Below are positions 27,231 through 37,984 of a stretch of DNA of 48,643 bases, in pieces; the first letter of the stretch is position 1, and each line of letters starts with the position of its first letter. Both the position numbers and the translations under genes were made by a program. Under the pieces are notes generated by a model. The model was given only the letters and a program-made list of their open reading frames with translations. It was not told the DNA's origin and ran no database searches. The stretch is from positions 1 through 48,643 of the forward strand of contig JAUIBG010000001.1 of the NCBI GenBank assembly GCA_030428165.1, written 5' to 3'. Origin of the DNA: Actinomycetes bacterium. GTDB taxonomy: Bacteria; Actinomycetota; Actinomycetes; Actinomycetales; Demequinaceae.

Positions 27231-28037
27231 CTACGCGCCGTTCTTGCCGTCGCGCCAGGACAGCCACTCCTCGACGACCGAGCCGTCGTAGTCGGGACCG
27301 TTGAGGCCGATCGTGAAGAGCGTCGCTCCCAGGTCGTGGAGCTCGTCGGCGTGGGAGATCTCCTTCTTACCGATCTCGACGGAGATCTCGATCTCACCGG
27401 TGTCGCGCCCCACGGCCTCGCCGTGCTGAGCGAGGATGCCCAGCTTGCGCTCGAGGGTGGGGACGTCGGCGAACGAGTGCCAGATGTCAGCGTGCTGGGC
27501 GACGATGCGCAGCGTCTTCTTCTCGCCTCCGCCGCCGATGAGCACGGGGATCTTCCTGGTGGGCGGCGGGTTCAGCTTGGCCCAGCGGTCCTCGATAATC
27601 GGCATGTCTCGCTTGAGGTCGTTGAGGCGGCTGCCGACGGTGCCGAACTCGTAGCCGTACTCGTCGTAGTCGCGCTCGAACCAGCCCGAGCCGGTGCCGA
27701 AGATGAAGCGGCCAGTGCCGGTGCCCTTGGCCGAGATGTGGTCGATCGTGCGGGCCATGTCCGCCTGCAGCGCCGCGTTGCGGTAGCTGTTGCAGTTCAC
27801 CAGCGCGCCGATCTCGACTCGGCTGGTCTGCTCCGCGAGCGCCGCGAGCATGGTCCACGACTCGAAGTGGAGACCGTCCTTCTCGCCGTACAGCGGGAAG
27901 AAGTGATCCCAGTTGAAGAGGACGTCGACACCCATGTCCTCGAAGCGCGCCGCGGCATCGCGGATCGCCTCGTAGGGGGCGTGCTGGGGCTGGATCTGGA
28001 CGGCGATGCGCACCGGGCGCTCAGCGATGGGAGCCAT
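27231..28037 (-). CDS. LLM-class F420-dependent oxidoreductase
   Basis: QIQPQH, WDHFFPL, CNSYRN, DMARTIDHIS, IGGGGEKKTL. Confidence 0.9.
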   Translation of the reverse strand: MAPIAERPVRIAVQIQPQHAPYEAIRDAAARFEDMGVDVLFNWDHFFPLYGEKDGLHFESWTMLAALAEQTSRVEIGALVNCNSYRNAALQADMARTIDHISAKGTGTGRFIFGTGSGWFERDYDEYGYEFGTVGSRLNDLKRDMPIIEDRWAKLNPPPTRKIPVLIGGGGEKKTLRIVAQHADIWHSFADVPTLERKLGILAQHGEAVGRDTGEIEISVEIGKKEISHADELHDLGATLFTIGLNGPDYDGSVVEEWLSWRDGKNGA

Positions 28038-28078
28038 GGGCTCAGCCTATGTCGGCTCGTCCCCTGGTTGTCGAGGGA

Positions 28079-28579
28079 TCAGCCGTCAGCGGACAGGTCC
28101 AGCACCCAGGCGTTGATCCGCAACGGCCGGCCCCGAAACTCCTCGTCGATCGTCTCGCGCTGCTCGAAGCCCGTCGCGACGCACAGCGCGTTGGACGCCA
28201 GATTCGCGACCGAGGGGTACGCCGTGAGCACGTCGTGCCTGCGGTGGAAGCGCAGCAGCTTTACGAGCGTGGTCACGGCCGCCGTGGCGTAGCCGCGTCC
28301 CTGGAAGTCGGGAAGCGTGAACCAACCCGTCTCGTACGCGCCCTGACCGTCGTACGTGGAGTCCCACCAGCCGATGCTGCCCACCGTCTCCTCGCGGGAG
28401 ACGACGGCGAACATCGCGCCAGTGCCGGCATCGGCCAGTCCCAGATACTTCTGGTGGCGCTTCGCGATGTCCTCCTCGGGCTCAGGCCCGTTAAGGAAAC
28501 GCGTCATCTCGGGGGTGTTCGCCGCGGCCAGCAGGGCGAGGTCGTCCTCACCCCACGGCCGCAGCGCCACATCCTTCAT
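28079..28579 (-). CDS. GNAT acetyltransferase (RimJ/RimL-like)
   Basis: ETGWFTLPDFQGRGYAT, NLASNALC..GF. Confidence 0.85.
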   Translation of the reverse strand: MKDVALRPWGEDDLALLAAANTPEMTRFLNGPEPEEDIAKRHQKYLGLADAGTGAMFAVVSREETVGSIGWWDSTYDGQGAYETGWFTLPDFQGRGYATAAVTTLVKLLRFHRRHDVLTAYPSVANLASNALCVATGFEQRETIDEEFRGRPLRINAWVLDLSADG

Positions 28580-28597
28580 GACGACGTGCGCTCCGCC

Positions 28598-31213
28598 CTA
28601 GCGGAGCTCGGCTCCCAGGCGCTCGCCCGCCGCGGCGACGATCGCCTCGCGCACGGCGAGCACCTCGTCTCCCGACAGCGTGTGGTCGGCCGCGCGCAGG
28701 GTGACCGCAATCGCGAGCGACTTCTTGCCCTCGCCGATCTGCTCGCCCTCGTACACGTCGAACACGTGCGCGTCTTCGACCAGGTCTCCCCCGGCATCGG
28801 TCACGACCATCGTGAGGTCGGCCGCGGTGACGGGAGCGTCGACGACGAACGCGAAGTCCTCCTTGGCGAGCACCTGCTGCGAGACCGGCACCGCCGACTC
28901 GAACACGCCCTGGGAGGCCGCGACGATCGCGTCGAGGTCCACCTCGAAGGCCACGGTGCGAGCGGGAAGGCCGAGCGTCTCGAGGACCTTGGGGTGCAGC
29001 TCGCCGGCCACGCCGATGGGCTCGTCGCCCACCCAGATCTGGGCCACGCGGCCAGGGTGGAAGGCCTCCGCGGCACCGGCGTCGCCCGCACGGACGGTCA
29101 CGGGGAGGTCGACCACGTCCACGGCGCGCTTCACGTACTGGATCGCGTCGGACCAGTCGTAGGGCTCGCCCTTGCCGCGCCACGAGGTGGGCACGCGGTC
29201 GCCGGTCATGATGCCGGCCACGCGACGCGCCTGCTGCGGCAGGGCCTCGTCGAGCCTGGCCACGTCCTCGGGCGTGATCGTGCCGCCCTCGAAGTAGTCG
29301 GGGATGTCGCCGATGGTGGACGCACGGTACGCACGGCCCACCTCGAACAGGCCGACGTCCTTGGCGCCGCGCGACAGGTTGACCTTGAGCGCGTCGAGGA
29401 GCGTCGCGAGCACCGAGGTGCGAAGGTACGGCTGCTCGGCGGACAGCGGGTTCGCCAGCTTGATCGTGTCGCGCAGGATGCCCTCTGGCTTCGCGCGCAT
29501 GTCGAGCAGGCGCTGCTCGGACATCCACGGATAGGTGATGACCTCGGTCAGGCCCGACTCCGCAAGAGTCCTGGCGACCTGCCTGCGGACCTTCTGCGCG
29601 TGGGTGTAGCCGCGGCCCGGCGGCGCGACCGGCACCACCGAGGGGAGGTTGTCGTAGCCGCGCAGGCGGCCCACCTCCTCGACCAGGGTGATCGGCGCGT
29701 CCATGTCGGGACGCCACGTGGGCGGGGTGACGGTGAGGTCGTCGCCGTCGCGCTCGACGACGCAGCCGACGAGCTCGAGGGAGGCGACCACCTCATCGGC
29801 CGGGATGTCGATGCCGATGATGCGGCCCGGGAAGTCGACCGTCGTCGTGAGCGGCGCGGGCGCCGTCGTGGCGTTCACGTCGGTGTAGACGGACTCGATC
29901 TCGCCGCCGCCGAACTCGACCAGCAGCTGCGCGGCGCGGTGGACGGCGATGGGGCCGAGCACCGTGTCGACGCCGCGCTCGAAGCGGCGCGAGGCCTCAG
30001 ACGGCAGCTTGTGGCGGCGGGCCGAGCGGGCGACCGTGATCGGGTCGAAGTGCGCACCCTCGAGGAGGATGTTGGCGGTGGTCTCGGACACCTCGGTCGA
30101 GGCGCCGCCCATGACGCCGGCGACGCCGATCGCGCGGGCGGCGTGACCGCCCTCGGAGTCGGCGATGACCAGGTCCTCGGCGTCCAGCACGCGGCCGGCG
30201 TCATCCAGCGTGACGAGCTTCTCGCCGGGGTTCGCGCGGCGCACGACGATCGGGGCCACGAGGTGGTCCAGGTCGTAGGCGTGCAGCGGCTGCCCCAGCT
30301 CGAGCATCACGTAGTTGGTGACGTCGACGGCCAGCGAGATCGGGCGCATGCCGGCCGCTGTGAGGCGGCGCTTCATCCAGCCAGGGGACTCGGCGGCGGG
30401 GTCGAAACCGGTGACGCGCAGCGCGGCGAAGCGGTCGCAGCCCACCTTGCCGCGGATGGGCGCGGCGTCCTCGATGAGGATGGGGAAGGCGGAACTCTCT
30501 CCGGCATCGGCCACGGCCGTCCCGGCGATCTCCACCCGGCCGGCGGGGTCGGTGAACGGCTGGCCCGTCGAGTGCGAGTACTCGCGGGCGACGCCGCGGA
30601 TCGAGAACGAGTAGCCCCGGTCAGGGGTCACGTTGATCTCGATGGTCTCCTTGTCGAGGTCCAGCAGCCCGATCGCGTCCATGCCGGGCTCGAGGGCGAC
30701 GTCGGCAGGGAGGAGGCCGGGCGTGCCGTCGGCGTGACGAAGCACGATGATGCCGTCGTGGTCCTCGCCCAGGCCCAGCTCCTTGGCGGAGCAGATCATG
30801 CCGTCCGACCAGTGGCCGTACGTCTTCCTGCCGCCGATGGGGAACGGGCCTGGCAGCACGCCGCCGGGCAGCACGACCACGACGAGGTCACCCTCGACGA
30901 AGTTGTGCGCGCCGCAGACGATGCCGCGGCTGGGCGGGTACTCGACCTTGTTGTCGGGCTTGTGGCCGGGGCCGGCGGGGTCGTTGTGCTCGCCCACGTC
31001 GACGCGGCAGTAGTTGATGGTCTTGCCGTTGGACTGGGCCTCCTTGACGAGGCTCATCACGCGGCCGACGACGAGCGGGCCGGAGATCTCTCCCCCGTCG
31101 ATGCCCTCCTCCTCGAGGCCCACCTTGACCAGGGCGGCCGCGACATCGGCTCCGGTGGAGCCGGGGACGAGGGGGACGGACTCCTCGAGCCAGTCGAGAG
31201 GAATCTTGGGCAT
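28598..31213 (-). CDS. pheT: Phenylalanine-tRNA ligase beta subunit
   Basis: IVCGAHN, TPDRGY, RFERGVD, PTWRPD, LRTS, FDVYEG FDX-ACB domain. Confidence 0.97.
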   Translation of the reverse strand: MPKIPLDWLEESVPLVPGSTGADVAAALVKVGLEEEGIDGGEISGPLVVGRVMSLVKEAQSNGKTINYCRVDVGEHNDPAGPGHKPDNKVEYPPSRGIVCGAHNFVEGDLVVVVLPGGVLPGPFPIGGRKTYGHWSDGMICSAKELGLGEDHDGIIVLRHADGTPGLLPADVALEPGMDAIGLLDLDKETIEINVTPDRGYSFSIRGVAREYSHSTGQPFTDPAGRVEIAGTAVADAGESSAFPILIEDAAPIRGKVGCDRFAALRVTGFDPAAESPGWMKRRLTAAGMRPISLAVDVTNYVMLELGQPLHAYDLDHLVAPIVVRRANPGEKLVTLDDAGRVLDAEDLVIADSEGGHAARAIGVAGVMGGASTEVSETTANILLEGAHFDPITVARSARRHKLPSEASRRFERGVDTVLGPIAVHRAAQLLVEFGGGEIESVYTDVNATTAPAPLTTTVDFPGRIIGIDIPADEVVASLELVGCVVERDGDDLTVTPPTWRPDMDAPITLVEEVGRLRGYDNLPSVVPVAPPGRGYTHAQKVRRQVARTLAESGLTEVITYPWMSEQRLLDMRAKPEGILRDTIKLANPLSAEQPYLRTSVLATLLDALKVNLSRGAKDVGLFEVGRAYRASTIGDIPDYFEGGTITPEDVARLDEALPQQARRVAGIMTGDRVPTSWRGKGEPYDWSDAIQYVKRAVDVVDLPVTVRAGDAGAAEAFHPGRVAQIWVGDEPIGVAGELHPKVLETLGLPARTVAFEVDLDAIVAASQGVFESAVPVSQQVLAKEDFAFVVDAPVTAADLTMVVTDAGGDLVEDAHVFDVYEGEQIGEGKKSLAIAVTLRAADHTLSGDEVLAVREAIVAAAGERLGAELR

Positions 31214-31214
31214 G

Positions 31215-32474
<1,260 letters not shown>

Positions 32475-32694
32475 TCATGGGGCATGTCTGGCTGCTCGCC
32501 GCGGCGCGCGCTGTGAGGCCGGGAGGTCCTCTCCCGGCCTAGATAAACAGGCGTGCGCGCATGGGGCGAGGGTAGCACTGGGGTGTGGTGGGTCTTCGTC
32601 CGCTCACGCCTCCCGCCCCCTGCCACCGTGCCCGAATTGCGAGCATTACTCCTGGTAAAGCGCTGAACTGGGGTGTCGAGGTGGAGGCAGTGAA

Positions 32695-32716
32695 TGTCAG
32701 ACCCCGCTGGTGTACT
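32695..32716 (+). promoter_or_regulatory. PafBC/RecA-NDp-like DNA-damage promoter
   Basis: TGTCAG-N10-TGTACT, 6 nt before ATG 32723; consensus TGTCGG-N10-TANNNT. Confidence 0.55.
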
Positions 32717-32722
32717 TGAGTC

Positions 32723-34264
32723 ATGACCGAGGCAGGCGACGTGACGACCGGGGACCGGGCGCGGCTGCGTCGCGCCGCGGTGGCGGTCGTGGCGGAGGGC
32801 GCGCGTTGGGAGCCGGGCGACCTCGCCGGCATGTCCTATGCGCAGGCGATGGTCGCACTGGAGGAGGCGTCGGCGGTCAAGCGCCATGCCGACGCGTCGG
32901 TGTCCGCGCTCGCCGCGCACGTGAGACGGCTGTCGGAGCGGGTGCCTGGCGGAGATGAGGGGATGGCGCGCAAGGCCGGGTTCTCGTCGGCGACGCAGCT
33001 GGTCGCGACGGTGACGGGCTCGACCGAGCAGGAGGCCAAGAAGCTGGCCGATGCCGGTGAGGTCCTCGCGCTCGACGGCGCGTCTGGCTCCGGTCCCGAG
33101 CGGCAGGACGCTCACCTGGCGCCGGTGACGGGCCCGCAGCTGCCCGTGCTGGCGGCGGCACTGAGGGCGGGCGAGATCTCGGCCGATGCCGCCGCGATGA
33201 TCTCCCGCATGGCCCACCGGGTGCACGGCCGGGTGCCGGCGCAGAAGCTGGCGGCAGCGGAGAAGCGGCTGGTGGAGAGAGCGGCTCGACTGTCGTCGAC
33301 CAGGCTGTCGAGATACGTGAAGTACGTCGAGGCGACGCTCGACCCGGAGAGGCTCGAGCTGGACGAGCGGGCGCGTGAGGATGCGCGGTACCTGCGAATG
33401 GTCGACGAGGCCGACGGCATGGTGCGCATCGACGGCAGGCTCGACCCCGTGACGGCGGCGCCGGTGAAGGCCGTGCTCGACGGGATCGTGAAGGCGGCGT
33501 TTCGCGCCAAGCGCGAGCGAAAGGACCGCGGTGGGGTGGGAGCCGGGCCGGTCGACGTGCGCAGCGCAGGTCAGATCCGGGCGGACGGGCTCGCGGCGAT
33601 CGCGCGGCACATGAGCGGCTGCGACGAGGGCAAGGTTCCGGGCACGACCACGCGGATCGTGGTGCGGATGGACTACGACCAGCTCCAGGCGGAGGTCGAG
33701 GCCGCAGGCTTCTCGCTCGACGACGTGGCCGGCGACGTGCCCGGCGACGTGCCCAGCGACGGCGCTCGCTCGACCAATGGTCGCGGACACGGCGTTGCGA
33801 CGATCGAGGGAATCGACCAGCCCGTCACCGCAGGAGCGCTGCGGCGGTTTGCGGCGGATGCCGGGATCATCCCGGCGGTCCTGGGCGGGAAGTCCGAGGT
33901 GCTGGACCTCGGTCGCGAGGACCGACTCTTCTCCCCTGCTCAGCGAATCGCGCTGACCGAGCGGGACGGCGGATGCGCCTCGTGCGGAGCCCCGCCCTCC
34001 TGGACGGAGGCCCATCACATCAAGTGGTGGGACAAGGATTCAGGCCCGACTGACCTGGACAACGGGCTATTGCTCTGCGTGGCATGCCACAAGCAGATTC
34101 ATCGGGACAACTGGGGCATACGGATCGTCGAGCACGAGGTCTGGTTCGTGCCTCCGCCGTCGATCGACCCGGAACGCCGGCCACGGCCGGGGCTCACGAG
34201 TCAGCGACGTGCGTTCGCGGGGAGAAGTGCGCCCTCATCCGGGGCGCCGCCGAGCGCGGCGTAG
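32723..34264 (+). CDS. DUF222 (13E12-repeat-like) HNH endonuclease
   Basis: LDLGREDRLFSPAQR, RDGGCASCG, EAHHIKWW, TDLDNGLLLCVACHKQIH. Confidence 0.88.
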   Translation: MTEAGDVTTGDRARLRRAAVAVVAEGARWEPGDLAGMSYAQAMVALEEASAVKRHADASVSALAAHVRRLSERVPGGDEGMARKAGFSSATQLVATVTGSTEQEAKKLADAGEVLALDGASGSGPERQDAHLAPVTGPQLPVLAAALRAGEISADAAAMISRMAHRVHGRVPAQKLAAAEKRLVERAARLSSTRLSRYVKYVEATLDPERLELDERAREDARYLRMVDEADGMVRIDGRLDPVTAAPVKAVLDGIVKAAFRAKRERKDRGGVGAGPVDVRSAGQIRADGLAAIARHMSGCDEGKVPGTTTRIVVRMDYDQLQAEVEAAGFSLDDVAGDVPGDVPSDGARSTNGRGHGVATIEGIDQPVTAGALRRFAADAGIIPAVLGGKSEVLDLGREDRLFSPAQRIALTERDGGCASCGAPPSWTEAHHIKWWDKDSGPTDLDNGLLLCVACHKQIHRDNWGIRIVEHEVWFVPPPSIDPERRPRPGLTSQRRAFAGRSAPSSGAPPSAA

Positions 34265-34302
34265 GCGTCGGGCTGAGACCGCGGCCGTGCGGGGGCCGGG
34301 TC

Positions 34303-34782
34303 CTAGCCGAACTGCACGGCGAGCGTGTAGGCGATGACGTAGGTGATCGCCGCGCCAGCGAGGGAGTTCGCGATCGGCATCACGTAGCGCAGCCACGTCG
34401 GCATCTGGGTGTTCTTCACGAACTGGATGTTCATGAGCACCAGCAGGATCGCGACGACGACGCCGAGAGCGATGCCGGCGTAGGACACGGCACCCGCCAT
34501 CACGGCGATGATGGGCAGGAACGCGAGGACCTTCATCGGGGTCGGAACAGCGCCGCCCACGTTGAAGACCTCCTCACCGCCCACGACGAGGGTCGCGAAG
34601 CCGGGGACGACGCCGCGCTGGCGCACGCTGGCCGTCTTGCCGCCCGCGAGCGGGACGATCCAGGCACCCTTGCGGGTCTCGAGGCGTTCGCCGTTCATCT
34701 CCAGGCGATAGCGGATGCCCTCGGCGCCGACGACGTCGATGGGCGCCTTCGCACCGGGAATCGTGAACTGGTTGTCCGCCAT
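34303..34782 (-). CDS. Hypothetical membrane protein
   Basis: AGGAGG RBS; soluble N-domain plus about 3 TM. Confidence 0.7.
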   Translation of the reverse strand: MADNQFTIPGAKAPIDVVGAEGIRYRLEMNGERLETRKGAWIVPLAGGKTASVRQRGVVPGFATLVVGGEEVFNVGGAVPTPMKVLAFLPIIAVMAGAVSYAGIALGVVVAILLVLMNIQFVKNTQMPTWLRYVMPIANSLAGAAITYVIAYTLAVQFG

Positions 34783-34825
34783 GAATGCCTCCTGAGTAAC
34801 CGCAAGGAGGCTATCAGCGCGCGGT

Positions 34826-34873
34826 TGCCCTACGTGCCCAGCGCCCTACTTCCCCAACGCCCTACTTCCCCAG
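34826..34873. repeat. 16-bp tandem repeat x3 spanning the chdC stop
   Basis: TGCCCTACGTGCCCAG / CGCCCTACTTCCCCAA / CGCCCTACTTCCCCAG. Confidence 0.8.
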
Positions 34874-35569
34874 TGCCCTGCCGAGCAGCTCCGCTCCGTC
34901 GACGCGCGGGCCCGTGAAGAACGGGACCTCCTCGCGCACGTGGCGCCGGGCCCCCGTGGCGCGCAGGTCGCGCATGAGGTCGACGATTCGCGTGAGGTCG
35001 TCCGCCTCGAAGGCGAGCAGCCACTCGTAGTCGCCCAGCGCGAAGGACGACACCGTGTTGGCCAGCACGTCGCGGTGGTCCTTGGCCGCGGCGCCGTGCT
35101 CGCGCAGGAGCTGACGCCGCTCGTCCTCGGGCAGCAGGTACCAGTCGTAGCTGCGGACGAACGGATAGACGCAGACGTAGCCGCGCGGGGCATCGCCGGC
35201 CAGGAACGCGGGTACGTGGCCGCGGTTGAACTCGGCGGCACGGTGAACGCCGGCCGATGACCAGGCCGGCGCGAGCCTCGACCCAGCCGCATCCAGCACC
35301 GTCGCGAAGGCCTGCTGGAGCGTCTCGATCTCGGGAGCGTGCCACCAGACGAAGACATCGGCATCGGCCCGCATCCCCGAGACGTCGTACCAGCCGCGGA
35401 TGGTGAGGCCCTCGATGCTCTCGAGGGTCGCCAGGACCTCGGCCGCGGTGGCGTGCGCATCGCCGGTGCGAGTGGCGCGGAACGCCGAGTACATCGTGTA
35501 GTTGATCGAGGAGTTGATCTCCTCGGCGACGGCCGAGTGGTCGACGACAGGTGCCTCGGCGCGGGTCAT
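34862..35569 (-). CDS. hemQ: Coproheme decarboxylase (HemQ/ChdC)
   Basis: RGWYDVSGMRADAD, AEFNRGHVPAF, YPFVRSYDWYLL, EHG, FALGDYEW; ATGA overlap with hemH. Confidence 0.92.
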   Translation of the reverse strand: MTRAEAPVVDHSAVAEEINSSINYTMYSAFRATRTGDAHATAAEVLATLESIEGLTIRGWYDVSGMRADADVFVWWHAPEIETLQQAFATVLDAAGSRLAPAWSSAGVHRAAEFNRGHVPAFLAGDAPRGYVCVYPFVRSYDWYLLPEDERRQLLREHGAAAKDHRDVLANTVSSFALGDYEWLLAFEADDLTRIVDLMRDLRATGARRHVREEVPFFTGPRVDGAELLGRALGK

Positions 35570-36822
35570 CGGGCCCCTCCCACTCCGGTCGCGGTCGGAG
35601 CCTTGGGACGCCCGATCCCCTCGTTGTTGAAGGTGCGGAAACAGCAGTCGGGCGCGCAGGTCGCCCCCCAGGCGGGAAGGTCGCCGCAGACCGAGGGCTC
35701 CGCCGTGCCCATCCGCTCCTTGACGACCTGCACGAGGCCGTCGAGGAAGCGCGGGTGCGTCCCGGCGGTCGCGGCGCGCGCGAAGCCGAGTCCCAGGCGC
35801 TCGGCGGTCGCCGTCGCCTCGGTGTCGAGGTCGTAGACGACCTCCATGTGGTCGGAGATGAAGCCGATGGGCGAGAGCACCACGGCCGTCGAGCCAGCCG
35901 CAGCCATGGCCTCGAGCTCGTCGTTGACGTCCGGCTCGAGCCAGGGCACGTGCGGGGCGCCCGAGCGCGAGCAAAAGGTCAGCCGCCACGGCAGCTCACG
36001 GCCCAGCCGCTCCTCCGCTCCGGCTGCGACGAGCCCGGCAACTTCGAGGTGCTGCTCGGAGTAGGTCGCGGGGCGCGAGGCGCCGGACGCCTTCTCCATC
36101 GTGGTCGGGATCGAGTGGGTCACGAAGACCAGATCGGCCTCGGTGCCCTGTTCGCCGAGCGACTCGTAGGCCTCGACGACGGCGTCGATGTTCGCGTCCA
36201 CGAAGCCCTGGGTGTTGAAGTAGGCGCGGACCTTGTCGATCTGGAGCGGTCCTTCGACCTTCTCCGCTTGAATGCCGATGTCCTCGCGATACTGACGGCA
36301 GCCCGAGTAGGACGAGTAGGCGGCCGTGATCACCGTGAGGATGCGGCGCGCGCCGGACTCGGCAAGGTCGCGCAGCGCGTCCTCGGTGTAGGGATCCCAG
36401 TTGCGATTGCCGACGACGACCGGCAGGTCGATGCCCTCGGCCAGGAGCGCCTGGGCGAGCGCATCGCGGAGCGCCTCGACCTGGTCGTTGATGGGCGAGC
36501 GGCCGCCGAACAGGTAGTAGTGCTCCCCCACCTCCTCGAGGCGGGAGTCGGGGATCCCGCGGCCAGCGGTGACGTTGCGCAGGAAGGGCACGACGTCCTC
36601 GGGCACACGGGGCCCGCCGAAGCCTGCGAGGAAGATCGCGTCGTAGTCGCGGCTCGGCTCGGCCGTGGCGTTCGCGGCTGCCGTGGAGGGTGCCTCAGCG
36701 ATCACGCCGAAGGCTCTGCGCGGACGATCGGTGGCGCTCCGGCCTTCCGCACGTGTGCCGTCGAGCGCGGTATCGGAGGGGGCGGCAGACGTGACGAACG
36801 GGTTCAATTTGCGCAGGACCAT
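35566..36822 (-). CDS. hemH: Coproporphyrin ferrochelatase (HemH/CpfC)
   Basis: FGGP, PFLRNVTAGRGIP, RNWDPY, THSIP, WLEPD, GFISDHMEVVYDLD, C-terminal C..C..CC cluster motif; start 36822 or 36834. Confidence 0.92.
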   Translation of the reverse strand: MVLRKLNPFVTSAAPSDTALDGTRAEGRSATDRPRRAFGVIAEAPSTAAANATAEPSRDYDAIFLAGFGGPRVPEDVVPFLRNVTAGRGIPDSRLEEVGEHYYLFGGRSPINDQVEALRDALAQALLAEGIDLPVVVGNRNWDPYTEDALRDLAESGARRILTVITAAYSSYSGCRQYREDIGIQAEKVEGPLQIDKVRAYFNTQGFVDANIDAVVEAYESLGEQGTEADLVFVTHSIPTTMEKASGASRPATYSEQHLEVAGLVAAGAEERLGRELPWRLTFCSRSGAPHVPWLEPDVNDELEAMAAAGSTAVVLSPIGFISDHMEVVYDLDTEATATAERLGLGFARAATAGTHPRFLDGLVQVVKERMGTAEPSVCGDLPAWGATCAPDCCFRTFNNEGIGRPKAPTATGVGGAR

Positions 36823-36835
36823 GGTCCCGAACATA

Positions 36836-36896
36836 TCATCTGATGAACTACTTCATCTGATGATACGGTGGCTCTTCATCGGAGTTCATCTGATGA
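36836..36896. promoter_or_regulatory. Three palindromic operators TCATC-T-GATGA in the divergent promoter
   Basis: Identical 11-mers at 36836-36846, 36853-36863, 36886-36896; half-site TTCATC at 36875. Confidence 0.8.
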
Positions 36897-36934
36897 ATTC
36901 GATCATGCCATAGTCCCCGTCCCCGAAGGCACCG

Positions 36935-37984
36935 ATGACCACGCTCGCGACGCGCTCGAACGCGCCCTCGACCCGGCCTGCGCCGGTCAGGCGCGCGCTG
37001 CGCTGGGCGGTCCCGGCCGGGCTCGCACTGCTCGCGTTCACCGTGATCGTCGCCCTGGGACTCGGAGCCGTGAGGCTGCCTCCCGCCGAGGTGCTGCAGG
37101 CGCTGTTCGACCGCTCCGGCTCGGATGCCACGGCCTCCGCGATCGTCTGGTCGATCCGCCTGCCGCGCGTGATCGTGGCCGTCCTCGTCGGCGCGGCGCT
37201 GGCCGCTGCCGGCACGGCGATGCAGGCGATCCTCAGGAATCCCCTGGCCGAGCCCGGCGTGACCGGCGTGTCCGCGGGCGCGGCCTTCGGCGCCGTCGTC
37301 GGCATCACGGTCGGCCTCGCGAGCTCGCTGCAGTGGGGCGTGCCGATTGCGGCCTTCATCGGCGCCGGCGTGGTCGCCGGCATCCTCAACCTGGTCATGG
37401 TGCTGCGCAGGGACGTCGGCACCACCGGGATCATCCTCGTCGGCGTCGCCCTGAACTCCCTGGCAGGAGCCGGAATCGCCGCGCTCATCGCCAATGCGCG
37501 GGACGACGCGCTCGCCAGGGGCGCGCTGTTCTGGCTCGCAGGCGACCTCGCCCTGCGCGACTGGTCGCACGTCGCTATCGCGGTGTGCCCGATCGTCGTG
37601 GGCACGGCGTACCTGCTGGCCCGCACCCGTGCGCTCGACGTCCTCTCCCTCGGCGCCGATGTCGCCACCACCTCCGGCATCGACGTCCACCGCACACGGC
37701 TCATCATCCTGATGGCCGCCTCGCTCGTGACCGGCGCCGCCGTTGCGGTGTCGGGCGTGATCGCGTTCGTGGGCCTCGTCGTGCCGCACGCGGTGCGCCT
37801 CATCGTCGGCGCCGCGCACGCGAGGCTGCTGCCGCTGGCGATGCTCGCCGGCGCGATCTTCCTGCTGGTCGCCGACACGATCGCCAGGGCCGGCTTGGGC
37901 ACCGTCGTGCTGCCCACCGGCGTGGTGAGCGCGCTCGTCGGCGCTCCCGTCTTCCTCGCCCTGTTGCTGAGGAGGCGGGCATGA
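36935..37984 (+). CDS. FecCD/BtuC-family ABC permease
   Basis: IRLPRV, QAILRNPLAEPG, GVIAFVGLVVPHAVR, LVGAPVFL. Confidence 0.92.
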   Translation: MTTLATRSNAPSTRPAPVRRALRWAVPAGLALLAFTVIVALGLGAVRLPPAEVLQALFDRSGSDATASAIVWSIRLPRVIVAVLVGAALAAAGTAMQAILRNPLAEPGVTGVSAGAAFGAVVGITVGLASSLQWGVPIAAFIGAGVVAGILNLVMVLRRDVGTTGIILVGVALNSLAGAGIAALIANARDDALARGALFWLAGDLALRDWSHVAIAVCPIVVGTAYLLARTRALDVLSLGADVATTSGIDVHRTRLIILMAASLVTGAAVAVSGVIAFVGLVVPHAVRLIVGAAHARLLPLAMLAGAIFLLVADTIARAGLGTVVLPTGVVSALVGAPVFLALLLRRRA

